From positions 576,001-640,000 of the forward strand of contig CAVSGP010000004.1 of assembly GCA_963727505.1 (NCBI GenBank): a stretch of 64,000 bases of DNA, written 5' to 3'. This DNA comes from an uncultured Trueperaceae bacterium. Its GTDB lineage: Bacteria; Deinococcota; Deinococci; Deinococcales; Trueperaceae. Of the stretch, positions 19,768-32,167 are shown piece after piece. The position numbers and the translations under genes were made by a program. Below the pieces are notes generated by a model that was not told where the DNA came from, did not search any database, and saw only the letters and a list, made by a program, of their open reading frames with translations. Positions within the stretch are counted from its first letter, which is position 1; each line of letters starts with the position of its first letter.

Positions 19768-21318
19768 TCAATCCTGCTGGATCGCCTCCAGGAACCACGA
19801 GGGGAAGCGCCCGTGTTGTCGCCGCAAGTAGCCCGGGAAGTCGGCGTCGAGCAGGTAGGTGACGGCGTAGTCGTTCTCGCTGCGCACCGAGCGACCGTAG
19901 GCCTGCACCACGCTCAAACAGGTCCGCCAGTCGTACCAGCCCGGGTCCAGCTCCATGCGACGCGCCACTTGCGGGTCGCCCAGATAGGGATAGGGGATCT
20001 TGCAGAGCACCTGCCACCGTGCCAGGTCCTCGGCCAGGTCGATCCCCTCGGTCATGCTCGGCGACAACAGGATGGTCGGTTCGTCGGATTCCAGGTGAGC
20101 GTTGAGCGCAGCGTCGCGTTCGCTGGCGTCGCGGTGGGTCACCAGCCGCCAGGCGTGCTCGCGCGGCAGACCGCGCTCGATCGCCTGCGCGATCCGGTAG
20201 GAGTGCGCGTGGATGATGCCCTTCTCGTCGGCATGCCGTTCGCACAGCTCGGCGATGGCCTGCACGAGCTTGGGCAGCCCGGCGACGAGGTAGTGCCGCG
20301 TGAGGCGGGTGGTGGGCAGCAACACCAGCGGCCGGTTCTCGGGCGGGAAGCTCGAAGGCGTGCGGATCACCGCGGCATCCTCCTGCTCGATACCGAGCCC
20401 GCGCAGGAACGTCCCCGGATCGAGCACCGTCGCCGATAGCATGAGGACGTGCGCGTGGCCGTGGAACAGGAGCGGCTCGGCGAAAGGCGCCACCTCGACC
20501 GGCTTGAACACCAGCGCCTCGCCGGCCTGCGAGCGCCGGCGCTCCGCCACCCACTCCACCCCGTCCTCGTCACGGCTGTTGACCAGCAGCTCGAGGCGTG
20601 CGAGCTGCCCGTCGAGCCACTGCTTCGTCTGCAACCGCGACAGCGCGGCGCTCTCGGGAAGGTCCTCCGTGCGCAACTCGAGGTCGAGCTCGCGGCCGCG
20701 CTCCAGCAGCTCCGGCACCAGCTCCTCGGCGAAGTCGAAGTAGGCGTCCGTTCCCAAGGGCGGTGGGAGCCGCCGTTCGATGCCCGCCCGTGCCAACCAG
20801 CCCTCCCCGAGGGTGACCTGCACGAATCCCATCAGCGCCCCCTCGGCGTTGTGTGCCTCGTCGAGCACCAGCAGCTCACGCTGGCGGAACCCGCCGGCGT
20901 AGTTGAGCTCCGCCAGGTAGTAGGCGTAGTTCAGCGTCGCCGACGAGGCGGCCATGGCGACGTCCTTGGCCATGAAGTAGGGGCAGTCATCGCAGGCGGG
21001 GAAACGGCGGCCGGCGATGCACGGCGCCGCCGCCGCGTGCGTCGGCGCGACCAGGCAGGGGTAGTTGCTGCGCCCCTTCATCAGCGCGAGTTCGGGGAAG
21101 TCGCGGGTGTACTGTTCCTGGAGCACCTTCTGGGCCGTGAGGACGTAGCTCGAGCCCGCCTCCCGCGCCAGCGCCACGGCGATGGCCGACTTGCCGGAGC
21201 CGGTGGGCGCCTCCACGATCACGAAGCGCTTGCCCTCGTCGAAGGCGTCGCGCGCCGCATCGAGCGCCTCGCGTTGGCCGTCACGGTAGCTGGCGAAGGG
21301 GAAACTGCCCGAGGGCAC
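19768..21318 (-). CDS. DinG/XPD-family ATP-dependent helicase
   Basis: EAPTGSGKS, KGRSNYPC plus Cys cluster, DEAH, LSAT, EGID, QAYGRSVR. Confidence 0.88.
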   Translation of the reverse strand: MPSGSFPFASYRDGQREALDAARDAFDEGKRFVIVEAPTGSGKSAIAVALAREAGSSYVLTAQKVLQEQYTRDFPELALMKGRSNYPCLVAPTHAAAAPCIAGRRFPACDDCPYFMAKDVAMAASSATLNYAYYLAELNYAGGFRQRELLVLDEAHNAEGALMGFVQVTLGEGWLARAGIERRLPPPLGTDAYFDFAEELVPELLERGRELDLELRTEDLPESAALSRLQTKQWLDGQLARLELLVNSRDEDGVEWVAERRRSQAGEALVFKPVEVAPFAEPLLFHGHAHVLMLSATVLDPGTFLRGLGIEQEDAAVIRTPSSFPPENRPLVLLPTTRLTRHYLVAGLPKLVQAIAELCERHADEKGIIHAHSYRIAQAIERGLPREHAWRLVTHRDASERDAALNAHLESDEPTILLSPSMTEGIDLAEDLARWQVLCKIPYPYLGDPQVARRMELDPGWYDWRTCLSVVQAYGRSVRSENDYAVTYLLDADFPGYLRRQHGRFPSWFLEAIQQD

Positions 21319-21394
21319 GGCTCAGGCTATCACGGCACCGGCGGGCCCCCCGGCCGGGCTCGGCAGCGGCGCAGCGGACCGCGCCCGCTCCCGA

Positions 21395-22498
21395 TCAGGC
21401 CGGCGCTTCGCCACCGCCCCCGGGAGGCTCGAGCTCGCAGCAGTTGCGTCCCCGCGCCTTGGCCCGGTAAAGAGCGTCGTCGGCGCGTTCGACCAGGCGC
21501 TCCAGCACATCGCCACGCCGGTAGGCGGTCACACCGAAGCTGGCCGTGACGGGACGCACGTCCCAGGCATGCAGCTCGAGCACCGCCCGCAGACGCTCCG
21601 CCAGGCCCAGGGCCTCGTCGGCACCCGTGTTCGGGGCCACCACCAGGAACTCCTCGCCGCCCCAGCGACCCAGCTCGTCCTCGGTGCGGAGCGTATCGCG
21701 CACCACTGCGGCCAGCTCCATGAGCACCGCGTCGCCGGCGCCGTGACCGTGCACGTCGTTCAGGACCTTGAAACCGTCGATGTCGAAGAGGATCAGCGCG
21801 AACGGGGAACCGCTCCGCCGGGAGCGCGCGATCTCACGGCGGACGGCGAGCTCGGTGGCGCGGCGGTTCGCCTGGCCCGTGAGCAGATCGGTGAGGGACT
21901 CCCGCTCCGCCTCCTGCATCCGAACCTGTGCCTCGCCCAGAGCGGTGCGCCAGGCCGCCAGGGCCGAGGCCAGAACGATCGCCACCAGCCCGCCCCCCTG
22001 GAACTGCAAGAAGGCGGCCACGTCCGCGAAGGTCGTCGCCGGCGCCAGCGCGGCCGGCAGGCCCGCGAGCCAGATCAGCGACCAGGAGACGCCCGTGAAC
22101 CAGCGTGCGGAGCGCGCCGAGAGCACGTAGAAGGCGTAGATGTCGATCAGGTACAGCCACAGGCCGGCCGACAGCAGAGTGGCGGCGCTGAGGCCCTGCA
22201 CGGTGAGGGCCAGGAATGCGTGCGCCAGGAACGCAATGGTGAGCAGCACGAGGCCGGTGAGCTCCCAGGGCCGCGAGACGGCCCGCCGGACCAACAACCG
22301 CACGATGAACACCGCACCGATGAGGATCACCAGCAGGCGGGCGGGGACGTCGCCGCCGTAGCCCCACATACCGGTCCGGCTCAGCGCCACGTCCGCCACG
22401 TACACGAACCAGCCCACCAACAACACCTGCAGGTGGTTGCGCAGGTGGATACGTTCGATGCTGGCGTGGGCGTCGATCCCTGGGTGCGTCCCTACCAC
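21395..22498 (-). CDS. Membrane-bound diguanylate cyclase
   Basis: Multiple TM helices, TDLLTG, FKVLND, RTED I-site, GGEEF active site. Confidence 0.9.
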   Translation of the reverse strand: MVGTHPGIDAHASIERIHLRNHLQVLLVGWFVYVADVALSRTGMWGYGGDVPARLLVILIGAVFIVRLLVRRAVSRPWELTGLVLLTIAFLAHAFLALTVQGLSAATLLSAGLWLYLIDIYAFYVLSARSARWFTGVSWSLIWLAGLPAALAPATTFADVAAFLQFQGGGLVAIVLASALAAWRTALGEAQVRMQEAERESLTDLLTGQANRRATELAVRREIARSRRSGSPFALILFDIDGFKVLNDVHGHGAGDAVLMELAAVVRDTLRTEDELGRWGGEEFLVVAPNTGADEALGLAERLRAVLELHAWDVRPVTASFGVTAYRRGDVLERLVERADDALYRAKARGRNCCELEPPGGGGEAPA

Positions 22499-22569
22499 GC
22501 TTCCAGGATGCGACGAGGTGGGTAACGGAACGCTTACCCGGCAGCCGTCCAGGCCGCCATGGAACAGCA

Positions 22570-22598
22570 GAACGGGCCGGCGGTTGGCCGGCCCGTTC
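22570..22598 (-). terminator. Hairpin terminator after tRNA-Leu
   Basis: 12-bp stem GAACGGGCCGGC/GCCGGCCCGTTC directly 3' of CCA. Confidence 0.7.
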
Positions 22599-22601
22599 GC
22601 G

Positions 22602-22689
22602 TGGTGCCGAGGAGGGGACTTGAACCCCTACGACCTAAGCGGTCACTAGCCCCTCAAGCTAGCGCGTCTACCAATTCCGCCACCTCGGC
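22602..22689 (-). tRNA. tRNA-Leu(GAG)
   Basis: GCCGAGG acceptor stem, CTAGC-TTGAGGG-GCTAG anticodon arm, long variable arm, GTTCAAGTC, encoded CCA. Confidence 0.95.
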
Positions 22690-22724
22690 AAGCCCTCAGA
22701 GCGGCCGTGCAGCGCGCAAACTGG

Positions 22725-22754
22725 ATGATACGTCGGGCGCTACGGGAGTGTCAA
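22725..22754 (-). promoter_or_regulatory. Sigma-A promoter for tRNA-Leu
   Basis: TTGACA-N18-TATCAT. Confidence 0.75.
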
Positions 22755-22818
22755 GAACGTTCACTCCTGGACGGCGTTCGTGCCTCCTCCGCCGGCTCGC
22801 GCCCGGTATCCTTGGGGC

Positions 22819-23499
22819 ATGACCGAACGCCGCTTCCGCCGCATCCAGGAGGTCCTGGACCGACGCCAACCGGACCTGACGATCCTCGCGGAGGACGTGT
22901 ACAAGCCGCACAACCTGTCGGCCATGCTGCGCTCGAGCGACGCCGTGGGCATCGGTACGGTCCATGCCGTGAGGCCCACGGGGGGCGTGCCCACCTACAA
23001 CGCCACCAGCGGCTCGGCCGAGAAGTGGGTGGCACTCCGCGTCCATGACACCCTGGAAGGGGCCCTCGTCCGTGTGCGCGCCCAGGGCATGCAGGTGCTC
23101 GCGGCGCACTTCTCCGACGCCGCGGTCCGCTACGACGCCGTCGACTACACCCGGCCGACGTGCGTGGTGTTCGGCAACGAGAAGGAGGGCGTGTCGCCGG
23201 CGTGTGCCGCCGCCGTCGACGGACACGTGGTGATCCCGATGCTAGGCATGGTGAGCTCGCTCAACGTTTCGGTGGCGACGGCGGTCATCCTCTTCGAGGC
23301 ACAGCGCCAGCGCCGCCGGGCGGGGCTCTACGACACCCCGCGCCTCGACGAGGCGGAGCGCAACGCGTTGACGGTACGTTGGCTGCACCCGCGTCAGGCC
23401 CGCTGGCTCCAGGCCCGCGGCCTGCCCCTACCCCGCCTGCTCCCCGACGGCTCGCTGCCCGCCGAGACGGTGGCAAGGCTCGCTGACGGGGAGCCGTAG
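22819..23499 (+). CDS. trmH: tRNA (guanosine-18-2'-O)-methyltransferase
   Basis: KPHNLSAMLRS, FGNEKEGVS, IPMLGMVSSLNVSVA. Confidence 0.92.
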   Translation: MTERRFRRIQEVLDRRQPDLTILAEDVYKPHNLSAMLRSSDAVGIGTVHAVRPTGGVPTYNATSGSAEKWVALRVHDTLEGALVRVRAQGMQVLAAHFSDAAVRYDAVDYTRPTCVVFGNEKEGVSPACAAAVDGHVVIPMLGMVSSLNVSVATAVILFEAQRQRRRAGLYDTPRLDEAERNALTVRWLHPRQARWLQARGLPLPRLLPDGSLPAETVARLADGEP

Positions 23500-23517
23500 C
23501 GCCGCTAAGCTGAGGTC

Positions 23518-24660
<1,143 letters not shown>

Positions 24661-24708
24661 ACACCCATGACGCGCAGCTTCCCGGGGACCCGGCGGGGGC
24701 GCTGGTAG

Positions 24709-26366
<1,658 letters not shown>

Positions 26367-26405
26367 GCGAGCCGACGCGCTCCTGCAGGGCGGCGTTCGC
26401 CGCCT

Positions 26406-26960
26406 CTAGCCGTTCTCTTCCGCTTCCAGCGCAGCTTCCTTCTGTCGCTGGTAGGCCTCGATGGTCGACCCGATGAGGGCGTGCGTCTCGTCCATGCCGT
26501 GCCATTCGTCGACGTGGGTGTGTTTCCCCTCGAGCTCCTTGTAGATGGTGAAGAAGTGCTCGATCTCGCGCAGACGGTGACGTGAGACGGTGTCGAGGTG
26601 GCGGTTGCTGTCGTATCGCGGGTCATCCACCGGCACGGCCAGGAGCTTCTGGTCGCGCCCCTTCTCGTCGCTCATCTCCAGGAAGCCTAGCGGCCGCGCG
26701 CGCAGCACCGCACCAGGGAAGGTGGCGCGCGTGATCAGCACCAGGATGTCGACCGGGTCGCCGTCCTCGGCGAGCGTTCCGGGGACGAAGCCGTAGTCGC
26801 CGGGATAGTGCATCGGGCTGTAGAGGACGCGGTCGAGCCGGAAGATCCCCAGCTCGGGGTCGTACTCGTACTTGTTGCTGCTGCCGGAGGGCACCTCGAT
26901 GACGGCGTTGACGACGTCCGGTGCGTTCACGCCGGGGCTCAGGTCCTTGAGGTTGGTCAC
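26406..26960 (-). CDS. ppa: Inorganic pyrophosphatase
   Basis: NKYEYD, YPGDYGF, EDGDPVD, HFFTIYKELE; GTG start overlaps the pdxT stop. Confidence 0.95.
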   Translation of the reverse strand: MTNLKDLSPGVNAPDVVNAVIEVPSGSSNKYEYDPELGIFRLDRVLYSPMHYPGDYGFVPGTLAEDGDPVDILVLITRATFPGAVLRARPLGFLEMSDEKGRDQKLLAVPVDDPRYDSNRHLDTVSRHRLREIEHFFTIYKELEGKHTHVDEWHGMDETHALIGSTIEAYQRQKEAALEAEENG

Positions 26961-27595
26961 GTTGGCTCTCCTGTCTCGAGGGCGGGCTCCGGCCGCACGC
27001 CGCACACGGTGTCGAGGAATAGGGCGTGCACGCGGTCGTCGCCGAGAAGCTCGGGGTGGAACACGGTGGCCATCAGGCGCTCGTCCACAGCAGCCACGAT
27101 GTCGTCGTCGTAGCGTGCCAGCACACGCACGCTCTCCCCCACCCGGGTGATGCGCGGCGCCCGGATGAACAGGGCGTGGAAGGGCACGGCGAGGCCGTCG
27201 ATGTCGAGGTCGGCCTCGAACGAGGCCACCTGCCGCCCGTAGTCGTTACGGGTCACGGAGATGTCCATGAGGCCGAGGCGCGGTTGATGCGGGTAGCCCA
27301 CGATGTCCACGGCCAGCTCGATGGCTCCGGCGCACGTGCCCCACAGCGAGCCGCCCTCGCGGTAGAAGCGCTCCAGCGCGGTGTCGAGCCCGTAGTCACG
27401 CATGAGCTTTGCCATGGTGGTCGACTCCCCGCCCGGGATCACCACGCCCTGCAGACCGTCGAGGTGACGGGGCAAACGCACCTCGACCACCGTCACGCCG
27501 AGGCGCTCGAGCGCCAGGCGGTGCTCGCGGAAGGCGCCCTGCAGGGCCAGCACGCCGACGCGTCGAGAGGGGGCGGGGTCGTCCACGGCAGTCAT
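26957..27595 (-). CDS. pdxT: PLP synthase glutaminase subunit
   Basis: GVLALQGAFREH, PGGESTT, GTCAG, FIRAP, FHPEL. Confidence 0.95.
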   Translation of the reverse strand: MTAVDDPAPSRRVGVLALQGAFREHRLALERLGVTVVEVRLPRHLDGLQGVVIPGGESTTMAKLMRDYGLDTALERFYREGGSLWGTCAGAIELAVDIVGYPHQPRLGLMDISVTRNDYGRQVASFEADLDIDGLAVPFHALFIRAPRITRVGESVRVLARYDDDIVAAVDERLMATVFHPELLGDDRVHALFLDTVCGVRPEPALETGEPT

Positions 27596-27650
27596 TGTGT
27601 CACGCCGATGGCCCGCACCGAGCGGCGCGGGACGACGCGCCCGTCCCTGC

Positions 27651-28640
27651 CTAGGCTTCCATCCCAGCCAGCACGCCCTTCACCAGGGCCCGGGCCACGA
27701 CCGTCTGAACGGCGACCGAGAGGCCGTAGAGCGGCGCCGACGGACCCCGCCCGGTGCTGAGGACGAAGGTCGTGTCACCGTCGAACACCGTGTGTGACGG
27801 CCGAGTGACTCGAGCGATGCCCATGTGTGCGCTCTGTGCCAGCGCCCTCGCGCCGGCCTTCGTGAGGGGAGCGTCGGTAGCGACGACGACGAGCGTCGTC
27901 TGCGTCCCGAGTCGGGCGAGCGCGAAATCGACGGCAGCCTCCGAAAGCGCCTCTCTCGGTCCCGCCACGAGGCTCCCCGACTCGGCATCGACGATGCTCC
28001 CGGCCGCGTTGCTGATGCCCAGCGCGGCGACGACCGCACCTCCGACTTGCATCGCCGCGCTGCCGACGCCGCTGCGCACGGCGGCCCCCGGACCGCCGAA
28101 CTGGCCCACCGTGGCGCCGGTTCCGGCACCTACGGCCCCCACGAGGACGGGCGCCGACGTCGCCGCCTGCGCAGCGGCCGCGCCGGCGGCGGCGTCGGGC
28201 CGCACCCCCGCGTCACCGACGTTGAGGTCGAACAGCGCGGCAGCCGGCACGATCGGCACACGACCGTACGGCGTGACGTGGCCGCGTCCCATCCCCTCGA
28301 GCCAGCGCATCACCCCGTCCGCAGCCGCGAGGCCGAAGGCGCTGCCTCCCGTCAGCAGCACCGCGTCCGCACGCTCGACGGTCTTCTCCGGCGCCAGAAG
28401 GGCGGTCTCGCGCGATCCCGGGGACGCACCCATCACCAGGCCCGAGACGACGCAACCGCCCACCGGACACACGACGACGGTGCATCCGGTGCGGGCAACG
28501 GCCTCGGTCCAGTGGCCGACGAGGATGGCCTGGACGGCCGTGAGGCTGTCGTTTTCGATGGCTGTGCTCCCCTCTCCGGCGGATCGCGCCTCAGCCGCCG
28601 GCCCGGAACGACCGGGCGGGCGCGGGAGCGCCGGCTGCAT
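27651..28640 (-). CDS. P1/S58 (DmpA-like) aminopeptidase
   Basis: VGHW..TGCTV, GSRET, LTGGSAFGL, VGAGTGA, HTVFDGDT; start uncertain (family-like sequence begins near 28560). Confidence 0.8.
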   Translation of the reverse strand: MQPALPRPPGRSGPAAEARSAGEGSTAIENDSLTAVQAILVGHWTEAVARTGCTVVVCPVGGCVVSGLVMGASPGSRETALLAPEKTVERADAVLLTGGSAFGLAAADGVMRWLEGMGRGHVTPYGRVPIVPAAALFDLNVGDAGVRPDAAAGAAAAQAATSAPVLVGAVGAGTGATVGQFGGPGAAVRSGVGSAAMQVGGAVVAALGISNAAGSIVDAESGSLVAGPREALSEAAVDFALARLGTQTTLVVVATDAPLTKAGARALAQSAHMGIARVTRPSHTVFDGDTTFVLSTGRGPSAPLYGLSVAVQTVVARALVKGVLAGMEA

Positions 28641-28660
28641 ACCCTCGCCGAGACCGACCG

Positions 28661-30934
28661 TCAGCGACCGCTAGGAGACGCGCTCCCAACCGTTGAGGAC
28701 GTACCCCCCGTCGAGGCCGTGGGGCCTACCTGGGCCCCCGCCGGCAGGTACTGATCGACGTTCTTGGGGTCCACCTCGATCATCTCGATCTGGTCGGGTG
28801 GGGTATCGACGGTGGCGCGCTTGCCGGTGCGCTTGTCGATGGGCAACTGCAGCTTCACGGTGGACAGGAACCCCTGCGTGCTCAGGTCGGTGGTCGACTT
28901 GAAGGCCGCCTTGGTGCCGGTCGGGTCGAGCGCCCCCGTCTTCAGGTCGATGTTGTGGAAGACGACGCCGTCCGGGACCGGGAAGCCGCTGGAATCCGCG
29001 GAGTGACCCCGCAAGGCACCCTGCGCGAAGGTGTTGAACGCGAAGATCGGCTGTTGCGAGCTGGTCACCAGATGGCTGGTGCCGTCGGCGTAGGTCATGT
29101 GCCTCGGCATCGGCTTGTTGTCATCGTTCCCGATCCACACGGCGCCGACCAGACCCGGCGTGAGCCCCACGAACCAGATGTCGCGCTCCGAGTCGGTGGT
29201 GCCGGTCTTGCCGGCCAGCCAGTGGCCCGGAACCTCCGCCCGCCACGAAAGCGCCCAGTTCGGCTTCCGATCGACGATGTTGCCGTGCATCATGTCCAGC
29301 ATGATGTAGGCCGTTTGCGGGCTCCATACCCTGGCCCGGCGCGGATGCGCCTCGTAGAGCACGTTGCCCTGGGAGTCCTCGACCTTGTTGACGAAGTAGG
29401 GCACGGTGTACACGCCGCCGTTGGCGAAGGCCGCGATGGCGGCGGCATGCTGCAGCGGCGTCACCTCGAAGCTGCCGAGCGCCATGCCGAGGTAGGGCTT
29501 GACGCTATAGCCGAGCTCACGCGCCTTCTCGGCGACGGCCTCCGGCGTGGCAGCCTCGAGGGCCTTCACTGCCGGGATGTTGCGGCTGCGGTCGAGGTTC
29601 TCGCGCGCCGTCTGGTAGCCGTCGTAGGCGTTGTCCCACTCTTTGGGCTGGTAGTCCGGCTGGCCCTTGACCTTGAAGATCGTCTTGTCGTCGACCAGGA
29701 TGCTCGCCTGGTTCAACGCCCCCTGCTCGACGCCGGTGCCGTACACGATGGGCTTGAACGACGAGCCGGGCTGGCGATAGGCCTGGATGGCGCGGTTGAA
29801 CTCCTGCGGAGGCTGGTTCGGTCCGAGCTTCTGCCCGACCATCGCCAGCACCCCGCCCGACTGCGGGTCGATGCCCACGATCGCCATCTGGGCGCCGGCC
29901 GGGATCTCGGTGGTGCGGCTGGCCTCGTTGGCCGCCTTCTGCGCCTGCACGTCGATGGTGGTGTAGACCTTGAGCCCGCCGCGCCCGAACACCATGTTCT
30001 CGCCGTAGCGTTGCGTCAGCCAGTTGCGCACCGCCAGCACCACACCGCGGGACAGGTCGGAGCTGATGCTCGATTGCACCACGACGTTCTCGCCGGTGCG
30101 GGTGGCCTTCACCACGTCGCCCTTGTCGTCGTAGGTGACGTTCCAGCCGCGCGGCTCGAGCTTGTAGCTCCACGCCCTCTGCGCCGCCTCCTTGGAGATG
30201 GTGCCACGCCGGACCATCTTGTCCAGCACGTCCCGCATCCCCTGGCGCGCAGCGGTGAAGTTGTCGTGCATGGCGTTGGGCGCGGGGATCAACCGCGCCA
30301 GGTAGAGCCCCTCGGCAAGGTTCAGCTCGATGGGGTTCTTGCCGAAGTAGGCCTGCGAAGCGGCCCGGATGCCGTAGACGTTGCCGCCCCAGAACACCAC
30401 GTTGATGTAGCGCTGCAGGATCTCCGGCTTGGTCAAGCGACGCTCCAGCTCGACCGCCAGCATGATCTCCTTGGCCTTGCGCTCCAACGAACGCTCGCCG
30501 GCGATGTTCTGCAGCACGGTGTTCTTGATGACCTGCGTGGTGATGGTGGAGCCGCCGCGGTTGGAGTGCGCGAAGAACTCCTGGTAGGTGGCCTTGGCGA
30601 TGCCGGGCAGATCGAAACCGTAGTGCCGGAAGAACTGGTCGTCCTCCGAGGCCACGATCGCCTCCAGCGCCGCCGGGGACACCTGGCTCAACGTGACCGG
30701 GATGCGGTTGGTCGGCTCCTTGTTCTTCCCCACCGCCGGCACGATCGTCCCGATGCGCGTTCCGTCCTGCGCGTACACCTCGGTGTTGGACGTGTACTCG
30801 AGCGCGTCGACCTGATCGAGCGAGGGCAGATCCTGTGCCCAGTGCAACGCCGACGAGCCCACGAGGGCCACGAACGACAGGACCGCCGCGAGGGCGAGCA
30901 GGTAGAGCCCCTGGACGACTTTCACGAGGTTCAT
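28661..30934 (-). CDS. Class A penicillin-binding protein (PBP1A-like)
   Basis: TM anchor, SEDDQF, GGSTITTQ, RKAKE, SSFK, SRN, KTGT. Confidence 0.93.
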   Translation of the reverse strand: MNLVKVVQGLYLLALAAVLSFVALVGSSALHWAQDLPSLDQVDALEYTSNTEVYAQDGTRIGTIVPAVGKNKEPTNRIPVTLSQVSPAALEAIVASEDDQFFRHYGFDLPGIAKATYQEFFAHSNRGGSTITTQVIKNTVLQNIAGERSLERKAKEIMLAVELERRLTKPEILQRYINVVFWGGNVYGIRAASQAYFGKNPIELNLAEGLYLARLIPAPNAMHDNFTAARQGMRDVLDKMVRRGTISKEAAQRAWSYKLEPRGWNVTYDDKGDVVKATRTGENVVVQSSISSDLSRGVVLAVRNWLTQRYGENMVFGRGGLKVYTTIDVQAQKAANEASRTTEIPAGAQMAIVGIDPQSGGVLAMVGQKLGPNQPPQEFNRAIQAYRQPGSSFKPIVYGTGVEQGALNQASILVDDKTIFKVKGQPDYQPKEWDNAYDGYQTARENLDRSRNIPAVKALEAATPEAVAEKARELGYSVKPYLGMALGSFEVTPLQHAAAIAAFANGGVYTVPYFVNKVEDSQGNVLYEAHPRRARVWSPQTAYIMLDMMHGNIVDRKPNWALSWRAEVPGHWLAGKTGTTDSERDIWFVGLTPGLVGAVWIGNDDNKPMPRHMTYADGTSHLVTSSQQPIFAFNTFAQGALRGHSADSSGFPVPDGVVFHNIDLKTGALDPTGTKAAFKSTTDLSTQGFLSTVKLQLPIDKRTGKRATVDTPPDQIEMIEVDPKNVDQYLPAGAQVGPTASTGGTSSTVGSASPSGR

Positions 30935-31061
30935 GCTACCAGGGCGAGCCATGAGCCGGAGTTAAGCAGTCGCACACGGACCCTCATGCTCGTTTCCGCG
31001 CGAGGCGCGCGCTCGTCGATCGTCGGACCGGCAGCCCACACGGCGACGACGCCTTCGGTCC

Positions 31062-31985
31062 TCACCAGCCGCGCGTGGCGAGCAGCTCCTCCTCCTTGAG
31101 GGTGTCGAGGTTGATGCCGACCATGGCCTCTCCGAGGTTCCGCGACACCTGCGCCAGGATCTCCGGGTCCTCGAAGTGGGTGACCGCCTTGACGATGGCC
31201 TCGGCACGCCGCAGCCACGCCTCATGACGCTTGCCGTCGTCCTGCTCGCTCATGGCCGACTTGAAGATGCCGGAGCCCACGAAGACACCGTCGAGACCGA
31301 GTTGCATCATCATGGCGGCGTCCGCCGGGGTGGCGACGCCACCGGCTGCGAAGTTCACCACGGGCAGCTTGCCGGTCTCGTGGATGGAGCGCACCAGGTC
31401 GACGGGTGCGCCGTGGTCCTTGGCGTAGGCCATGAGCTGCTCGGGGCGCATCGCCTGGATGGCGCGGATCTCCCCCATCACGGCGCGCGCGTGGCGCACC
31501 GCCTCCACCACGTTGCCGGTGCCGGCCTCGCCCTTGGTGCGGATCATCGCCGCGCCCTCCCCGATGCGCCGGAGCGCCTCGCCGATGTTCGTGGCCCCGC
31601 ACACGAACGGCACCGTGAAGGCGAACTTGTCGATGTGGTAGGCCTCATCGGCCGGCGTGAGCACTTCCGACTCGTCCACGAAATCCACGCCCAGCGCCTG
31701 CAGGATCTGCGCCTCGACGAAGTGGCCGATACGGACCTTCGCCATCACCGGGATCGAGACCGCATCGATGATCTGCTCGACCAGCCCGGGATCGCTCATG
31801 CGGGCCACCCCGCCCTGCGCCCGGATGTCGGCCGGCACGCGCTCCAGCGCCATCACCGCCGTCGCTCCGGCATCCTCCGCGATACGCGCCTGATCCGCCG
31901 TGACGACGTCCATGATGACGCCACCCTTGAACATCTCGGCAAATCCGGTCTTCACCTTGGTGCTGCCGATCTTCTTCTCTGCCAT
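31062..31985 (-). CDS. pdxS: PLP synthase subunit
   Basis: [44 protein letters not shown] end. Confidence 0.97.
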   Translation of the reverse strand: MAEKKIGSTKVKTGFAEMFKGGVIMDVVTADQARIAEDAGATAVMALERVPADIRAQGGVARMSDPGLVEQIIDAVSIPVMAKVRIGHFVEAQILQALGVDFVDESEVLTPADEAYHIDKFAFTVPFVCGATNIGEALRRIGEGAAMIRTKGEAGTGNVVEAVRHARAVMGEIRAIQAMRPEQLMAYAKDHGAPVDLVRSIHETGKLPVVNFAAGGVATPADAAMMMQLGLDGVFVGSGIFKSAMSEQDDGKRHEAWLRRAEAIVKAVTHFEDPEILAQVSRNLGEAMVGINLDTLKEEELLATRGW

Positions 31986-32167
31986 GGCCACTCCTTCTCG
32001 CCTTCTCCCCGGACCTCGCCGCCGATGCCAACGCACGCCGACGCGGGCGTCGCCTCGGGGGGCGCGCTCGCCTTCGTTCTATCCATTGTGCCGCAGTCCT
32101 GCCGCGGACGCTTGGAGTATACGCGACGCGGGGCCGCGACGCGGCCCCGCATGGTGCCCTGCAGCGC

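Noticed and set aside
19768..21318. CasDinG / type IV CRISPR or defence helicase
   Set aside because: No cas genes, array or other defence genes nearby.
28540..28580. Non-canonical ATC start for the DmpA-like gene after a GGGGAG RBS
   Set aside because: An in-frame ATG at 28640 with a plausible GAGGG RBS exists; this cannot be decided from sequence alone.
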